Positions 27,190-37,617 of a stretch of 64,000 nucleotides of DNA are shown here, in pieces. Origin of the DNA: Candidatus Moraniibacteriota bacterium (GTDB lineage Bacteria; Patescibacteriota; Minisyncoccia; Moranbacterales; UBA2206); NCBI GenBank assembly GCA_030645735.1, contig JAUSNP010000001.1, positions 7,502-71,501 of the forward strand. The letters run 5' to 3'. The position numbers were made by a program, and so were the translations under genes. Every line of letters begins with the position of its first letter. The first letter of the stretch is position 1. The notes beneath the pieces were generated by a model. The model had not been told where the DNA came from. It saw nothing but the letters and a program-made list of their open reading frames with translations, and ran no database searches.

Positions 27190-27346
27190 CAGTTCAATCA
27201 GCGTTGATGAGAGTTTGGATCCTCTGAGTTGATTGCACTGAAATCAAGGTGTCCTCGCTTAAGCGAGGGAAGTCAGATGGAAACGCGAGAAGAACCTCGT
27301 TCTGACAATTAAAGAAGCTTTTCTTTAATTGTGGGAACGGGGTTTT
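27190..27346 (+). promoter_or_regulatory. Minimal Gly T-box riboswitch
   Basis: Antiterminator GUCAGA-UGGAAAC-GCGAG..CUCGU-UCUGAC; overlapping terminator 27295-27346; K-turn hairpin with GGA (27217-27219) in its loop; upstream of glyQS. Confidence 0.75.
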
Positions 27347-27368
27347 AATTTTTTTAATTATATAATTC

Positions 27369-27513
27369 AAAAATAATTTTAATTATCTCGGAATTTAACT
27401 CAAAAGCTGATTTTGTAGCTAAAATTTTTTCTCGCATAATATGCTAATCGAAAAATTTTAGACAAAATTAACTTTTTCAAACAGAAATTCCTCGAAAATT
27501 AAAAATTATTTTT
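27369..27513. repeat. About 145-nt AT-rich imperfect inverted repeat
   Basis: aaaaataattttaatt...ctaaaattttt..gcata-a-tatgc..aaaaattttag...aattaaaaattattttt. Confidence 0.75.
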
Positions 27514-27514
27514 C

Positions 27515-28894
27515 ATGATTATGGCAGAACTAACTCAAATGGAGAAAATAGTTTCGTTTTGCAAGCGACGAGGTTTTATTTTTCCAACTTCAGAAATTTA
27601 TGGTGGACTAGCTAACTCATACAGTTATGGGCCATATGGTGTTGAATTGAAAAACAATATTAAGAAGATGTGGTGGAAGAAGTTTGTGCAGAAAAGGCCG
27701 GATATTGTGGGAATGGATGGTCCAATTTTATTGAACTCAAAATTGTGGGAAGCCTCAGGACACACAGATGGATTTAACGATGCCTTAGTAGATTGTAAAA
27801 AATGTAAAAAAAGATTTAGAGCTGATCATGTTGTGAAAGAATTGACAGGGGAGGATATGGAAGGTGAGTTGGACAAAATGACTAAGGCCTTGCAGTCAGG
27901 GCTAAAGTGTCCTGAATGTGGAAAGTCTGATTGGACGGAAGCGAAGAACATGAGTCAAATGTTCAAAACAGAAATGAATGGCGTGGATGGTCCAATATAT
28001 TTGCGACCAGAAACAGCGGGAGCAATTTTTTCTGATTATAAAAATATTGTTGATTCAATGCGGGTGCGAGTGCCGTTTGGTGTTGCGCAAATCGGCAAAG
28101 CTTTTCGCAATGAAATTGTTGCGCGCAATTTCATTTTCCGCATTCGAGAATTTGAACAAATGGAAATTGAATATTTTATTGAACCAGAGGCAGAATGGGA
28201 GCCGATGTTTGATAAATGGTTAGATGAACAAGAGGAATTTGCGTTAGAACTTGGAGCGAAAAAAGAAAATCTGAGGCGCTATGAGCATCCAAAAGCTAAG
28301 CTTTCCCATTATTCCAGAAAAACAGTCGATACAGAATATAACTTTCCATTTGGATTTGGTGAATTGTTTGGCTTGGCGCATCGAGGTGATTTTGATTTGA
28401 GTCAGCACTCCAAATTTTCTGGCCAAAAGTTAGATTATTTCGATCAGGTAAATAATAAACGCTATATTCCACATGTGTTGGAGCCAACAGTCGGTTTAGA
28501 CAGGTTGATTTTGACTGCAATTTGTGCCGGTTATACAGAAGAAAAATTGGAAGGCGGAGAAGAAGAACGAGTAGTGTTGAAATTTCCTAATGCAGTAGCA
28601 CCGATTAAGGTGGCAGTTTTCCCATTAATGAAGAATAAACCAGAGTTAGTAGCTAAGGCCAAGGAAATTTTCGAAAATTTGAGTGAAAATTATATGTGCG
28701 AATTTGATGACAATGGCAACGTAGGCAAGCGCTATCGTCGCCAAGATGAAATCGGCACACCATTCTGCGTGACAGTTGACTTCGATACATTGGAAGATGA
28801 TGCGGTGACCGTGCGTGATCGTGACACGATGCAACAAGAACGCATTAAAATTTCCGAGTTGGAAAATTATATTGCTAATAAATTAAGCGAATAA
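27515..28894 (+). CDS. glyQS: Glycine--tRNA ligase, homodimeric type
   Basis: KRRGFIFP.SEIYGG, YLRPETA, AQIGKAFRNEI, R.REFEQME.EYF, GKRYRRQDEIGTPFC. Confidence 0.97.
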   Translation: MIMAELTQMEKIVSFCKRRGFIFPTSEIYGGLANSYSYGPYGVELKNNIKKMWWKKFVQKRPDIVGMDGPILLNSKLWEASGHTDGFNDALVDCKKCKKRFRADHVVKELTGEDMEGELDKMTKALQSGLKCPECGKSDWTEAKNMSQMFKTEMNGVDGPIYLRPETAGAIFSDYKNIVDSMRVRVPFGVAQIGKAFRNEIVARNFIFRIREFEQMEIEYFIEPEAEWEPMFDKWLDEQEEFALELGAKKENLRRYEHPKAKLSHYSRKTVDTEYNFPFGFGELFGLAHRGDFDLSQHSKFSGQKLDYFDQVNNKRYIPHVLEPTVGLDRLILTAICAGYTEEKLEGGEEERVVLKFPNAVAPIKVAVFPLMKNKPELVAKAKEIFENLSENYMCEFDDNGNVGKRYRRQDEIGTPFCVTVDFDTLEDDAVTVRDRDTMQQERIKISELENYIANKLSE

Positions 28895-28898
28895 ATTT

Positions 28899-29870
28899 AT
28901 GAATATACAAGAGATATATAAACTAGCCATTGAGTTGGGTATCAGAAATGATTTTCGAGAGAAGTCTCAAATTGAAAAAAGTTTGAAAAGAAAAAAAGAA
29001 AAGTACACCAAACTTTCCAAAGAAGAGAAAGAAATTTTTGATGTTGATGCGTTGACTAACCCATATCCAGACAGTCGCATTCACAATGACACTGGAATCA
29101 AGAACATAAAAAGAGTGCGCGCTGGTATTGATATTGATTCGGGGGAGCTGATGATCGCGCAATATTTGAACAATCACAATCCCAAAGAAAAATCTGATTT
29201 AATTATCGGGCATCATCCAATTGGCAAGAGCCTAGCTGATCTTTCTGATGTGATGCATTTGCAGGCGGATGTTTTGGCGATGTATGGCGTGCCAATCAAT
29301 ATAGCTGAAAGTTTGATGAAAGTTAGGATTAGTGAGGTGAGTCGTGGAGTGAATCCATCCAATCATTTCAAGACTGTGGATGCAGCCAAATCACTAGGCT
29401 TGAGCTTGATGAATGTGCATACTCCAGCGGATAATATGGTGGCAAATTTCGTGGAAGCCAAATTGAAAAAAGATAAACCAGAATATGTGGGAGATATCTT
29501 GAAATCTCTTTTAGAAATTACTGAATATAAAGAAGCGGCGAAGCGCGGATCTGGGCCAGTGTTGTTTGCGGGCTCATCTGACAATCGCGCCGGAAAAATT
29601 GCACTAACAGAGATTACTGGTGGAACTGAGGGCAATTCCAAGATATATGAAAAATTAGCGCATGCCGGTGTGGGAACAGTTATCGGAATGCACATGAGTG
29701 AAGATCACAGAAAAGAGGCAGAAAAAGCGCACATCAATGTGGTTATTGCTGGACACATTTCTTCCGATTCACTTGGAATGAATTTGTTTCTAGATGAGTT
29801 GGAAAAACGTGGCATTGAAATAATTCCTTGCTCAGGTTTAACCCGTGTAAGTAGAAATAAGAAAAAATAA
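28899..29870 (+). CDS. NIF3-like (NGG1p-interacting factor 3) protein
   Basis: NPYPDSRI, GIDID, HHP.G, HTPADN, AGHISSDS.GMN. Confidence 0.8.
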   Translation: MNIQEIYKLAIELGIRNDFREKSQIEKSLKRKKEKYTKLSKEEKEIFDVDALTNPYPDSRIHNDTGIKNIKRVRAGIDIDSGELMIAQYLNNHNPKEKSDLIIGHHPIGKSLADLSDVMHLQADVLAMYGVPINIAESLMKVRISEVSRGVNPSNHFKTVDAAKSLGLSLMNVHTPADNMVANFVEAKLKKDKPEYVGDILKSLLEITEYKEAAKRGSGPVLFAGSSDNRAGKIALTEITGGTEGNSKIYEKLAHAGVGTVIGMHMSEDHRKEAEKAHINVVIAGHISSDSLGMNLFLDELEKRGIEIIPCSGLTRVSRNKKK

Positions 29871-29874
29871 CGTT

Positions 29875-31146
29875 ATGAAATACAAGAAGACAACTCTGAA
29901 GAATGGCTTGCGTATTATTACGGCGCCAATGAAGGATACTAACACGGCTACGGTGGTGGTGATGGTGGGAGTGGGCAGCCGCTATGAAACAGAGAAAGAA
30001 GCTGGACTTTCACATTTCATCGAGCATATGTTCTTCAAGGGCACGAAAAAGCGACCCAACACTTTGGCAATTTCTGAAGAATTGGATTCAATTGGCGGAG
30101 AGTTTAATGCTTTTACATCTAAAGATCATACGGGTTATTATGCCAAGACTGATGCCAAACATCTGGAGACTGCATTGGATGTGGTTTCGGATATGTATTT
30201 GAATTCAAAAATTGAGGCAGAAGAAATTGAAAGAGAAAAAGGCACGATTATTCAAGAATTGAATATGTATGAAGACAATCCCATGCGGACTGTGGGAGAT
30301 CTTTTCGAAAACATGCTCTATCCAAAAAGTTTTTTAGGACGAGATATTATTGGATACAAAAAAACTATCAATGCTTTCAAGCGAAAAGATTTTTTGCAGT
30401 ATATGGGACGCTTTTATGTGGCCAATGACACCGTGGTTTGCGTGTCAGGAAAATTTGATGAAAAGAGGATTATGTCACTTGTGAAAAAATATTTTTTAAC
30501 AATGCCGACTGGCAAGAAGCCGCAATTTAAAAATGTTACGGAAGATCAAAAAAAGCCAGAGGTGAAAATAAAATTCAAAAAAACTGACCAATCTCATTTA
30601 ATTTTAGGCAATCGAGCATATCACGAAAACCATAAGGATAGATTTGTGGCGTCGCTACTGTCTATAATTTTAGGTGGCAATATGAGCAGTCGCTTGTTTA
30701 TCGAAGTGCGGGAAAGAAGAGGGTTGGCTTATTACATCAAAACTGGCGGTGATTCATACGAGGATTGTGGATACTTGGCGACTCAAGCGGGCGTGGAACA
30801 TAAAAATTTGGAAGAAGCAGTCAGAGTTATCTTGCAGGAATATAAAAAAATCGCGACGGAAAAGGTCTCTGAGAAAGAATTGCAAAGAGCCAAGAACTAT
30901 ATTAAAGGTAAAAGCGTGATGGGTCTAGAGTCTTCTGACGAAGTGGCCATGTTTTTCATCGATCAAGAAATTAAAAGAAATAAGGTTATGACCATTAAGG
31001 AAATTTTTGCCAAGATTGACAAAGTCACCACGAGTGATATCTTGAGGGTAGCCAAAGATATTTTCCTGGAAAAAAGCCTGAATTTGGCGATTATTGGACC
31101 GCATAAAAACGAGAAGAAAATCAAGAATCTATTGAAGCTGGCATAA
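29875..31146 (+). CDS. M16 family zinc peptidase
   Basis: GLSHFIEHMFFKGT, NAFTS, SSRLF.EVRE.RGLAY. Confidence 0.95.
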   Translation: MKYKKTTLKNGLRIITAPMKDTNTATVVVMVGVGSRYETEKEAGLSHFIEHMFFKGTKKRPNTLAISEELDSIGGEFNAFTSKDHTGYYAKTDAKHLETALDVVSDMYLNSKIEAEEIEREKGTIIQELNMYEDNPMRTVGDLFENMLYPKSFLGRDIIGYKKTINAFKRKDFLQYMGRFYVANDTVVCVSGKFDEKRIMSLVKKYFLTMPTGKKPQFKNVTEDQKKPEVKIKFKKTDQSHLILGNRAYHENHKDRFVASLLSIILGGNMSSRLFIEVRERRGLAYYIKTGGDSYEDCGYLATQAGVEHKNLEEAVRVILQEYKKIATEKVSEKELQRAKNYIKGKSVMGLESSDEVAMFFIDQEIKRNKVMTIKEIFAKIDKVTTSDILRVAKDIFLEKSLNLAIIGPHKNEKKIKNLLKLA

Positions 31147-31183
31147 TTTTTTTTAAGCCTCATTGCGAGGCAAAGTAAATTCA

Positions 31184-32212
31184 ATGAAAGAAGAAAAGTG
31201 TCAAACAGATATTTTTATGGGTGTGATTTTGCGAACTGCTTTGTTGGGAGCGGGGATTTGGTTTTTGTATATGATTCGTGAAATCGTTCTGTTGGTTTTT
31301 GTGGCGATTCTGATTGTAGCCGCTATCAATCCGTTGGTTGGTTGGATGCAGAAAAAAAAGATTCCACGAACGGCGGGAGTTTTCTTGGTTTATGCGATTG
31401 TGATTTTGATGATTGGGCTTTCCGTCTCGTTTCTCATTCCGCCGCTAGTCAGTCAGTTCAATGATTTTTCTCAAAAGGCTCCGACGATTGTGCAGAAAGC
31501 GCTGGATGTCTTTGGTACAGCGCAGAACTTTTTTCAATCTCACAACATAAATCTAGGCCAACAGGACGTGGATACCAACACAAATAATCAAGTCTCAAGT
31601 TTACCAGGAACAATTTTTTCTGGCACAGTTGGCTTAGTTTCAGGAGCCATTTCGACTTTGATAGTTTTTGTGATGGCTTTCTATATGACAGTCAATGAAA
31701 ATGGAATTAAAAATTTCATAGTTTCTATTACGCCAGAAAAGCATAAAGCATATGCAGCTTCAGCTACGGAAAGAATAGAAGAAAAAATCGGCAAGTGGAC
31801 GCAAGGGCAATTCTTCCTGATGTTTTTTATGTTCATCTTGGATTTTGTGTGGCTGTCGATTTTGGGCGTGCCCTATGCTTTGGCGCTGGCCTTGTTTGCG
31901 GGTCTCATGGAAATCATTCCATATATCGGACCGATTGTTTCTGCCATCCCAGGAATCATCTTGGCGTCAATGATTTCACCATTAACCGGCTTCATTGCGC
32001 TGCTTCTGTATTTCTTGACCCAGCAATTTGAAAGTCATGTTATTGTACCGCAAGTCATGAAAAAAGCTGTTGGACTCAATCCGGTGGCTGTGATCGTGGC
32101 CTTACTCATTGGTTTGAAATTGGGTGGAGTTATGGGCGCCATCTTGGCCATCCCACTAGCCACGGCTATCAGCATCTTCATCACTGATTTCATGAAAAAA
32201 CATGAGATGTAG
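31184..32212 (+). CDS. AI-2E (PerM/UPF0118) family transporter
   Basis: IPYIGP, QQ.E....P.VM...VGLNP, G..GA.LAIP. Confidence 0.9.
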   Translation: MKEEKCQTDIFMGVILRTALLGAGIWFLYMIREIVLLVFVAILIVAAINPLVGWMQKKKIPRTAGVFLVYAIVILMIGLSVSFLIPPLVSQFNDFSQKAPTIVQKALDVFGTAQNFFQSHNINLGQQDVDTNTNNQVSSLPGTIFSGTVGLVSGAISTLIVFVMAFYMTVNENGIKNFIVSITPEKHKAYAASATERIEEKIGKWTQGQFFLMFFMFILDFVWLSILGVPYALALALFAGLMEIIPYIGPIVSAIPGIILASMISPLTGFIALLLYFLTQQFESHVIVPQVMKKAVGLNPVAVIVALLIGLKLGGVMGAILAIPLATAISIFITDFMKKHEM

Positions 32213-32223
32213 TTGATGTATGA

Positions 32224-32290
32224 GTTATTGTTATATTGTTAAAATGCTGATAAACTTGAAGTAATGTTTAGCAATAAGGCAATTTATCAA
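32224..32290. repeat. Short inverted 8-mer arrays (ATTGTTAW / TAGCAAT)
   Basis: attgttat attgttaa aatgctga ... tttagcaat aaggcaat ttatcaa. Confidence 0.5.
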
Positions 32291-32292
32291 AT

Positions 32293-32991
32293 ATGACAAT
32301 TAATTCTGGAATATTATACATCGTGGCTACGCCAATTGGAAATCTGGAAGATATCACTTTCCGGGCGGTTCGGGCATTGGGCGAGGTAGATTTGATTGTT
32401 TGTGAGGATACGCGCGTGACCAAGCGACTTTTGGATCATTATGGTGTCGAAACGCAAGCCACTTCTTTCTATCAAAATCTGAAAAAGGGCGGAGCAGTCA
32501 AGCCCGTGCCAAAGTTGGCATTTTTGATCGAAGAGCTGAAAGGTGGCAAAAATTTGGCTTTGGTGACTGATGCGGGGACTCCAGGGATTTCTGATCCGGG
32601 CAATCAATTGGTGGCTGAAGCCGTAGCCAACCAAATTGCCGTCATCCCAATTCCAGGCGTGTCCGCCGTGACGACTTTGGCGAGTGTTTCCGGCATTGAT
32701 CTGACGGAATTTGCTTTCTTGGGATTCCCACCGCACAAAAAAGGCCGTGAAACATTTTTTAAACGAGTGTTGGAATTTTCTTTGCCAGTGATGTTCTATG
32801 AATCGCCACATCGTGTTTTGAAGAATTTGGAATTGTTGCAAAAAATGGAAACAACCAAGCAAGTGATTTTGGGTCGTGAACTGACCAAAATGTTTGAAGA
32901 AATTGTCCGTGGCACAGTTCCGGAAGTGTTGGAATATTTTCAACAAAATCCCAGCAAAGTTAAAGGCGAGTTTGTAATCATTGTATATTAA
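32293..32991 (+). CDS. rsmI: 16S rRNA C1402 2'-O-methyltransferase
   Basis: LYIVATPIGNLEDIT.RA, DAGTPGISDPG, YESPHR, RELTKMFEE. Confidence 0.95.
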   Translation: MTINSGILYIVATPIGNLEDITFRAVRALGEVDLIVCEDTRVTKRLLDHYGVETQATSFYQNLKKGGAVKPVPKLAFLIEELKGGKNLALVTDAGTPGISDPGNQLVAEAVANQIAVIPIPGVSAVTTLASVSGIDLTEFAFLGFPPHKKGRETFFKRVLEFSLPVMFYESPHRVLKNLELLQKMETTKQVILGRELTKMFEEIVRGTVPEVLEYFQQNPSKVKGEFVIIVY

Positions 32992-32992
32992 T

Positions 32993-34387
32993 ATGTCAGA
33001 AAAATTTTATATCACAACTCCCATATATTACGTAAATGCGAAACCACATGTTGGTCATGCATATACGACCATTGCGGCCGATGTTTTGGCACGCTTTCAA
33101 AAATTGCAAGGCAAAGAAGTTTTCTTTTTGACTGGCACAGACGAACATGGTTTGAAAATTCAAAAGAAAGCGGATGAGGCCGGCTTGGCACCGCAACAAT
33201 TTGTGGATGGGATTTCTGATGAATTCAAGAAACTCTGGAAGGATTTGAATATTGATTATTCTAATTTTATACGAACTACAGACAAAAAGCATATTGAGGC
33301 CGTGCAGAAAGTTTTGCAAACATTGTATGACAAAGGTGCAATCTACAAGGGTACATATTCTGGGATGTATTGTGTGGGATGTGAGCAATTTAAAAGCGAA
33401 AACGAGCTAGTTGATGGAAAATGTCCAGATCATGGTACTGTGCCAGAAAAAATGGAAGAAGAATGCTATCTTCTAAAAATGACAGATATTCAAGAAAGAT
33501 TGATTGAAAAGATTGAAAAAAATGAATTTGAAATTGCACCAGAAAGATATAAAAATGAAATTCTGTCTTTTTTGAAAAGTCAGAAATTAAACGATATTTC
33601 TATATCCAGAAAGAATGTGGCATGGGGGATTCCATTGCCATTTGATCTAAATCAAACAGCCTATGTTTGGATTGATGCATTTTTGAATTATCTAACTGGC
33701 TTAGGTTGGGATGGCGATGAAAAAAATATTCCCAAGGAGTGGCCAGTGGATGTGCAGTTTATCGGCAAAGATATTTTGCGCGTGCACGCCACTATTTGGC
33801 CGGCAATCTTATTGCATCTGGGGATTGAATTGCCCAAAATGATTTTCACGCACGGACATATTTTGTCAGATGGAAAAAAGATGAGCAAAACCTTGGGCAA
33901 CTCAATTGCTACTTCAGATATGATTGAAAAATTCGGCATAGATGGCACTCGTTACCTTTTGCTTTCAGCCGGACCCTTTGGACAAGATATTGATGTGACA
34001 ATGAAGAGAATGATTGAAAATTATAATGCAGACCTAGCAAATGGTTTAGGTAATTTAGTTTCCAGAATAATTAAGTTAAGTGAGAGTGCCACGAAGCCTG
34101 ACATTATTAGTACAAATAATAATATCATAGAAGGTATGAAATTTGATTTGAAACTTAGCTTTATTTGGTCTGGCATTAGGGCATGCAATAAATATATTGA
34201 TGATAATAAACCCTGGGAGCTAGTAAAAAATAATAAAGAAGAATTTGAAAATGTTATTTTGAAACTAAAAAGAGATCTTAGTATAATTGCAAATGACCTA
34301 ATTCCATTTATGCCTGACACTGCAGAAAAAATAAAAAAAGCTTTGGAAACAAAACAAGTAGAGATTCTTTTTCCAAGAATAAAATAA
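32993..34387 (+). CDS. metG: Methionine--tRNA ligase
   Basis: FYITTPIYYVN..PHVGHAY, TGTDEHG, KMSKT. Confidence 0.96.
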   Translation: MSEKFYITTPIYYVNAKPHVGHAYTTIAADVLARFQKLQGKEVFFLTGTDEHGLKIQKKADEAGLAPQQFVDGISDEFKKLWKDLNIDYSNFIRTTDKKHIEAVQKVLQTLYDKGAIYKGTYSGMYCVGCEQFKSENELVDGKCPDHGTVPEKMEEECYLLKMTDIQERLIEKIEKNEFEIAPERYKNEILSFLKSQKLNDISISRKNVAWGIPLPFDLNQTAYVWIDAFLNYLTGLGWDGDEKNIPKEWPVDVQFIGKDILRVHATIWPAILLHLGIELPKMIFTHGHILSDGKKMSKTLGNSIATSDMIEKFGIDGTRYLLLSAGPFGQDIDVTMKRMIENYNADLANGLGNLVSRIIKLSESATKPDIISTNNNIIEGMKFDLKLSFIWSGIRACNKYIDDNKPWELVKNNKEEFENVILKLKRDLSIIANDLIPFMPDTAEKIKKALETKQVEILFPRIK

Positions 34388-34406
34388 ATTTGTTTTTAAA
34401 ATAAAA

Positions 34407-35081
34407 ATGAACAAAATAAAATTAGGATTATTGTTTGCGATAATATTAACGCTAGTTTCTTGCGAAACAGTTTTAGCTGAGGATGTGCTCAATCCAAATT
34501 ATGGTACAACAACTTTCTTTTCCGAGAAAAGTGAGAAGCCATCCAGCAATCCTCCTGTGTATGATGTTGGCGCCAAGGCGGGCAAAAAACCTCCCAAAGA
34601 TGATAACAATGATAATGGGGCTGATGACAATAACAATGGCGGATTGTTCAATCGAATAGTCGATAGCGTAGGAGGTTTTTTTGGCGGAGCGACTGACTCA
34701 ATGACTGATCCAACAAAAAATTCATTGTTTGATTTGCAAAAAGATTCTAATCAGAATGATTCTAATTCAGGAAGCGATGGCAGTGATTTTGTTATGGGTG
34801 CCAGAGGAGAGAGCTTGGAAAATTTAGATGAGGAAGTGGCTGCAAAATATAATAGCCGAGTTTCCAGCGGTTTTAGCTTTAGGGACAATGGGTCAAGTTC
34901 GGCGCCCAAAAAAAGCAAGTTGCTTTTTACAAATATTGTGATTCCCATTGATATGACAACTCAGTATGTTCTAGTGGGCTTTGTGTTTTTAATAGCAACC
35001 GGATTAGCAGTTGGATATTATTTATGGAAAAAAGAAGTCGCTAAGGATAAAAAATATTCAGATGATGAAGATTATCAGTAA
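34407..35081 (+). CDS. Hypothetical secreted, C-terminally anchored low-complexity protein
   Basis: Signal-like N-terminus, D/N/S-rich middle, C-terminal TM. Confidence 0.6.
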   Translation: MNKIKLGLLFAIILTLVSCETVLAEDVLNPNYGTTTFFSEKSEKPSSNPPVYDVGAKAGKKPPKDDNNDNGADDNNNGGLFNRIVDSVGGFFGGATDSMTDPTKNSLFDLQKDSNQNDSNSGSDGSDFVMGARGESLENLDEEVAAKYNSRVSSGFSFRDNGSSSAPKKSKLLFTNIVIPIDMTTQYVLVGFVFLIATGLAVGYYLWKKEVAKDKKYSDDEDYQ

Positions 35082-35092
35082 CAAAAGCCAGT

Positions 35093-35887
35093 ATGATTGA
35101 TAGCCATGCGCACCTAGACGATAGGCAATATGATCAAGATCGCGAAGCAACCATTGCTCGCGCTTTTGCGTCTGGCGTGGAAAAAATAATCAATATCGGC
35201 GCAGATTTAGCAGGAAGTATTGCCTCAGTCGAATTAGCTATACAATATGACAATGTTTTTGCCACAGTGGGACTGCATCCGAATGTTTTTGATGAGTTTG
35301 ATGAATCCCAAGTCCAAGAACTTTGCAATGAAATTCGCAATCTAGCTAGCAATGAAAAAGTAGTGGCCATTGGAGAAATTGGTTTGGATTATTATAGCCA
35401 TGACGAAAACTCGATTACACCAGAACAAAAAGAAAATCAGAAAAAAAGTTTTGTGGCTCAAATTGAAATTGCTCGAGAATTTAATCTACCAGTTGTTATT
35501 CATTGTCGAGACGCCTATGAAGATGTATATGAAATAATTGAAAAATATCCTGAAGTTAGTTTTGTATTTCATTGTTATGGGGGCGGCTTGGAATTTACGC
35601 AAAAACTTTTGAGTATGAATAATGTCTGGTTTTCTTTTACTGGAAACATTACCTATGCCAAATCTGACTTGGAAGTATTTGGCGTGGTAAAAGAAATCCC
35701 ATTGGAGAGGATAATGCTGGAGACAGATTGTCCATATTTGACCCCGGTGCCACATCGCGGGAAACGGAATGAACCGGCTTATGTCACCTATGTCCAGGGT
35801 AAAATCGCTGAAATAAAGCAAATTTCAGCTAATAAAGTGGATGAAGTGACCACAAGAACTGCCAAGAAATTCCTCAGTCTAGCTTAG
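35093..35887 (+). CDS. tatD: TatD family hydrolase
   Basis: DSHAHL, GLHP, GEIGLDY, IHCR.A, HC, ETDCPYL.P. Confidence 0.95.
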   Translation: MIDSHAHLDDRQYDQDREATIARAFASGVEKIINIGADLAGSIASVELAIQYDNVFATVGLHPNVFDEFDESQVQELCNEIRNLASNEKVVAIGEIGLDYYSHDENSITPEQKENQKKSFVAQIEIAREFNLPVVIHCRDAYEDVYEIIEKYPEVSFVFHCYGGGLEFTQKLLSMNNVWFSFTGNITYAKSDLEVFGVVKEIPLERIMLETDCPYLTPVPHRGKRNEPAYVTYVQGKIAEIKQISANKVDEVTTRTAKKFLSLA

Positions 35888-35979
35888 CTGAGCCCAAATT
35901 TTTCGTTGAGTTGACTTTTTTACCAATTTGCGAGACAATTAATAACGATGCTGTGACCCTAATTCAAGAACCTTCAAAG

Positions 35980-36249
35980 ATGATTGAGGATAATAAGCAG
36001 GTTAAAAACTATTGGAAAGAAAACGGCTTGAGCCTGTTTTTTAAATTGAGCGGTTGGATTGTCGGACCAATTTTGCTGGCAGTTGTTGTTGGGAAATGGC
36101 TGGACAAGAAATATCAAACTGAGCCATGGCTGTTTCTCTTGTCAGTTGGAGTCGCTTTCGCGATTTCAGTCTATGGCATGATCAAGGATGCTTTGGCAGA
36201 ACTAAAAAGAATTGAAGCAGAAGAAAAAAATAAAAAGTCTAAAGACTAA
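35980..36249 (+). CDS. AtpZ/AtpI family ATP synthase accessory protein
   Basis: G.WLD.KY.T.PW motif, two TM helices, first gene of the atp operon. Confidence 0.85.
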   Translation: MIEDNKQVKNYWKENGLSLFFKLSGWIVGPILLAVVVGKWLDKKYQTEPWLFLLSVGVAFAISVYGMIKDALAELKRIEAEEKNKKSKD

Positions 36250-36358
36250 TTGCTAAAGTCTAAAGCAAAACTAAAGTTAAAAGTATAAAGTTAAAAAATA
36301 CTTAAAACTTTAGACTTAAATACTTTTTTTTAGACTTTGAACTTTAGATATTAGACTT
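36234..36358. repeat. Inverted heptamer arrays (AAAGTCT / AGACTTT)
   Basis: aaagtct aaagact..aaagtct..aaagtta aaagtat ... actttagactt..tagactttgaactttaga. Confidence 0.8.
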
Positions 36359-36377
36359 ATAAACTATAGATCAAAAT

Positions 36378-37226
36378 ATGTCAGCGAATACAGAGCAAAT
36401 AAATAATAGTGCAGAAACTCAAGAAGTCTCTCATGAGGCAACTCTTTTTGCTGAACCGATTTTTCACATCGGCAGTTTCACAGTCACCAACGCTTTGCTC
36501 AATAGTTGGGCAACCGTAATCATCTTAGTGATTTTGTTTGTTGTGATTGGCAAGAAAATCAAGAGTGTGCCAAAGGGTTTGCAAAATATTTTTGAAATTT
36601 TGATGGATGAGGCCTTGAAACTAGCTGACAGCGTAACTGGCAATCGCAAGAAGACTGAAAAATTCTTGCCCATTGCCCTGACGCTGTTTTTGTTTATCTT
36701 GGTGAACAATTGGTTGGGTCTTTTGCCAGGTGTTGGCACCATGGGATTTATTGAGAACGGCGAGCACGGGAAGGTTTTCGTGCCACTTTTCCGTGGAGCC
36801 ACAGCTGATTTGAATATGACTTTAGCCCTATCACTTTTCGCAGTTGTGGCCTCGCATGTGATGGGTGTAATTATGATTGGTGTGACTAGTCATTTGAACA
36901 AGTTTTTGAATGTGAAAGCTTTTCTAGAAATTCCGAAAAAAATCAAGAAAGACATCTCTGTGATTTTGGTCAATCCAATCAAAGCGTTTGTGGGTCTGAT
37001 TGAAATTATTGGAGAGATTGCCAAGGTGGCTTCATTGTCATTTAGGTTGTTCGGCAACATTTTTGCCGGCGAGGTTTTGATGGCTTCAATGATGGCGATT
37101 TTCGCTTTCGTTTTGCCGTTGCCATTTATTTTTATGGAAATTGTAGTGGGTGTTATTCAGGCGTTGATTTTTGCGATGTTGACGATGGTGTTTATGACGA
37201 TAGCGACTACCAACGAAGAGCACTAA
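36378..37226 (+). CDS. atpB: F0 ATP synthase subunit a
   Basis: N..GLLPG, TADLN.T, SLSFRLFGNIFAGE, QA.IF..LT. Confidence 0.97.
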   Translation: MSANTEQINNSAETQEVSHEATLFAEPIFHIGSFTVTNALLNSWATVIILVILFVVIGKKIKSVPKGLQNIFEILMDEALKLADSVTGNRKKTEKFLPIALTLFLFILVNNWLGLLPGVGTMGFIENGEHGKVFVPLFRGATADLNMTLALSLFAVVASHVMGVIMIGVTSHLNKFLNVKAFLEIPKKIKKDISVILVNPIKAFVGLIEIIGEIAKVASLSFRLFGNIFAGEVLMASMMAIFAFVLPLPFIFMEIVVGVIQALIFAMLTMVFMTIATTNEEH

Positions 37227-37317
37227 TTTTTTTTGTTAATTAATTTTTTTTTATATTTTATTTATAATCACTAACTATTCTCCCCATAGAGAGAGAAAGG
37301 ATAAATAGTGGTGTTAA

Positions 37318-37545
<228 letters not shown>

Positions 37546-37617
37546 TTTCACAAGACTCTTCAGTAATGGAGAGTCTGAATGAGACTATTTTAAAAAATAA
37601 CCAAACTATATAATATT

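Noticed and set aside
27203-27227. Archaeal-type box C/D guide RNA (UGAUGA...CUGA)
   Set aside because: Too short for guide regions; better explained as the K-turn of a T-box Stem I, given the downstream antiterminator
32314-32946. 210-aa antisense ORF and the many other short overlapping ORFs in the track
   Set aside because: They are shadows of well-supported genes on the other strand or frame, with no recognisable motifs
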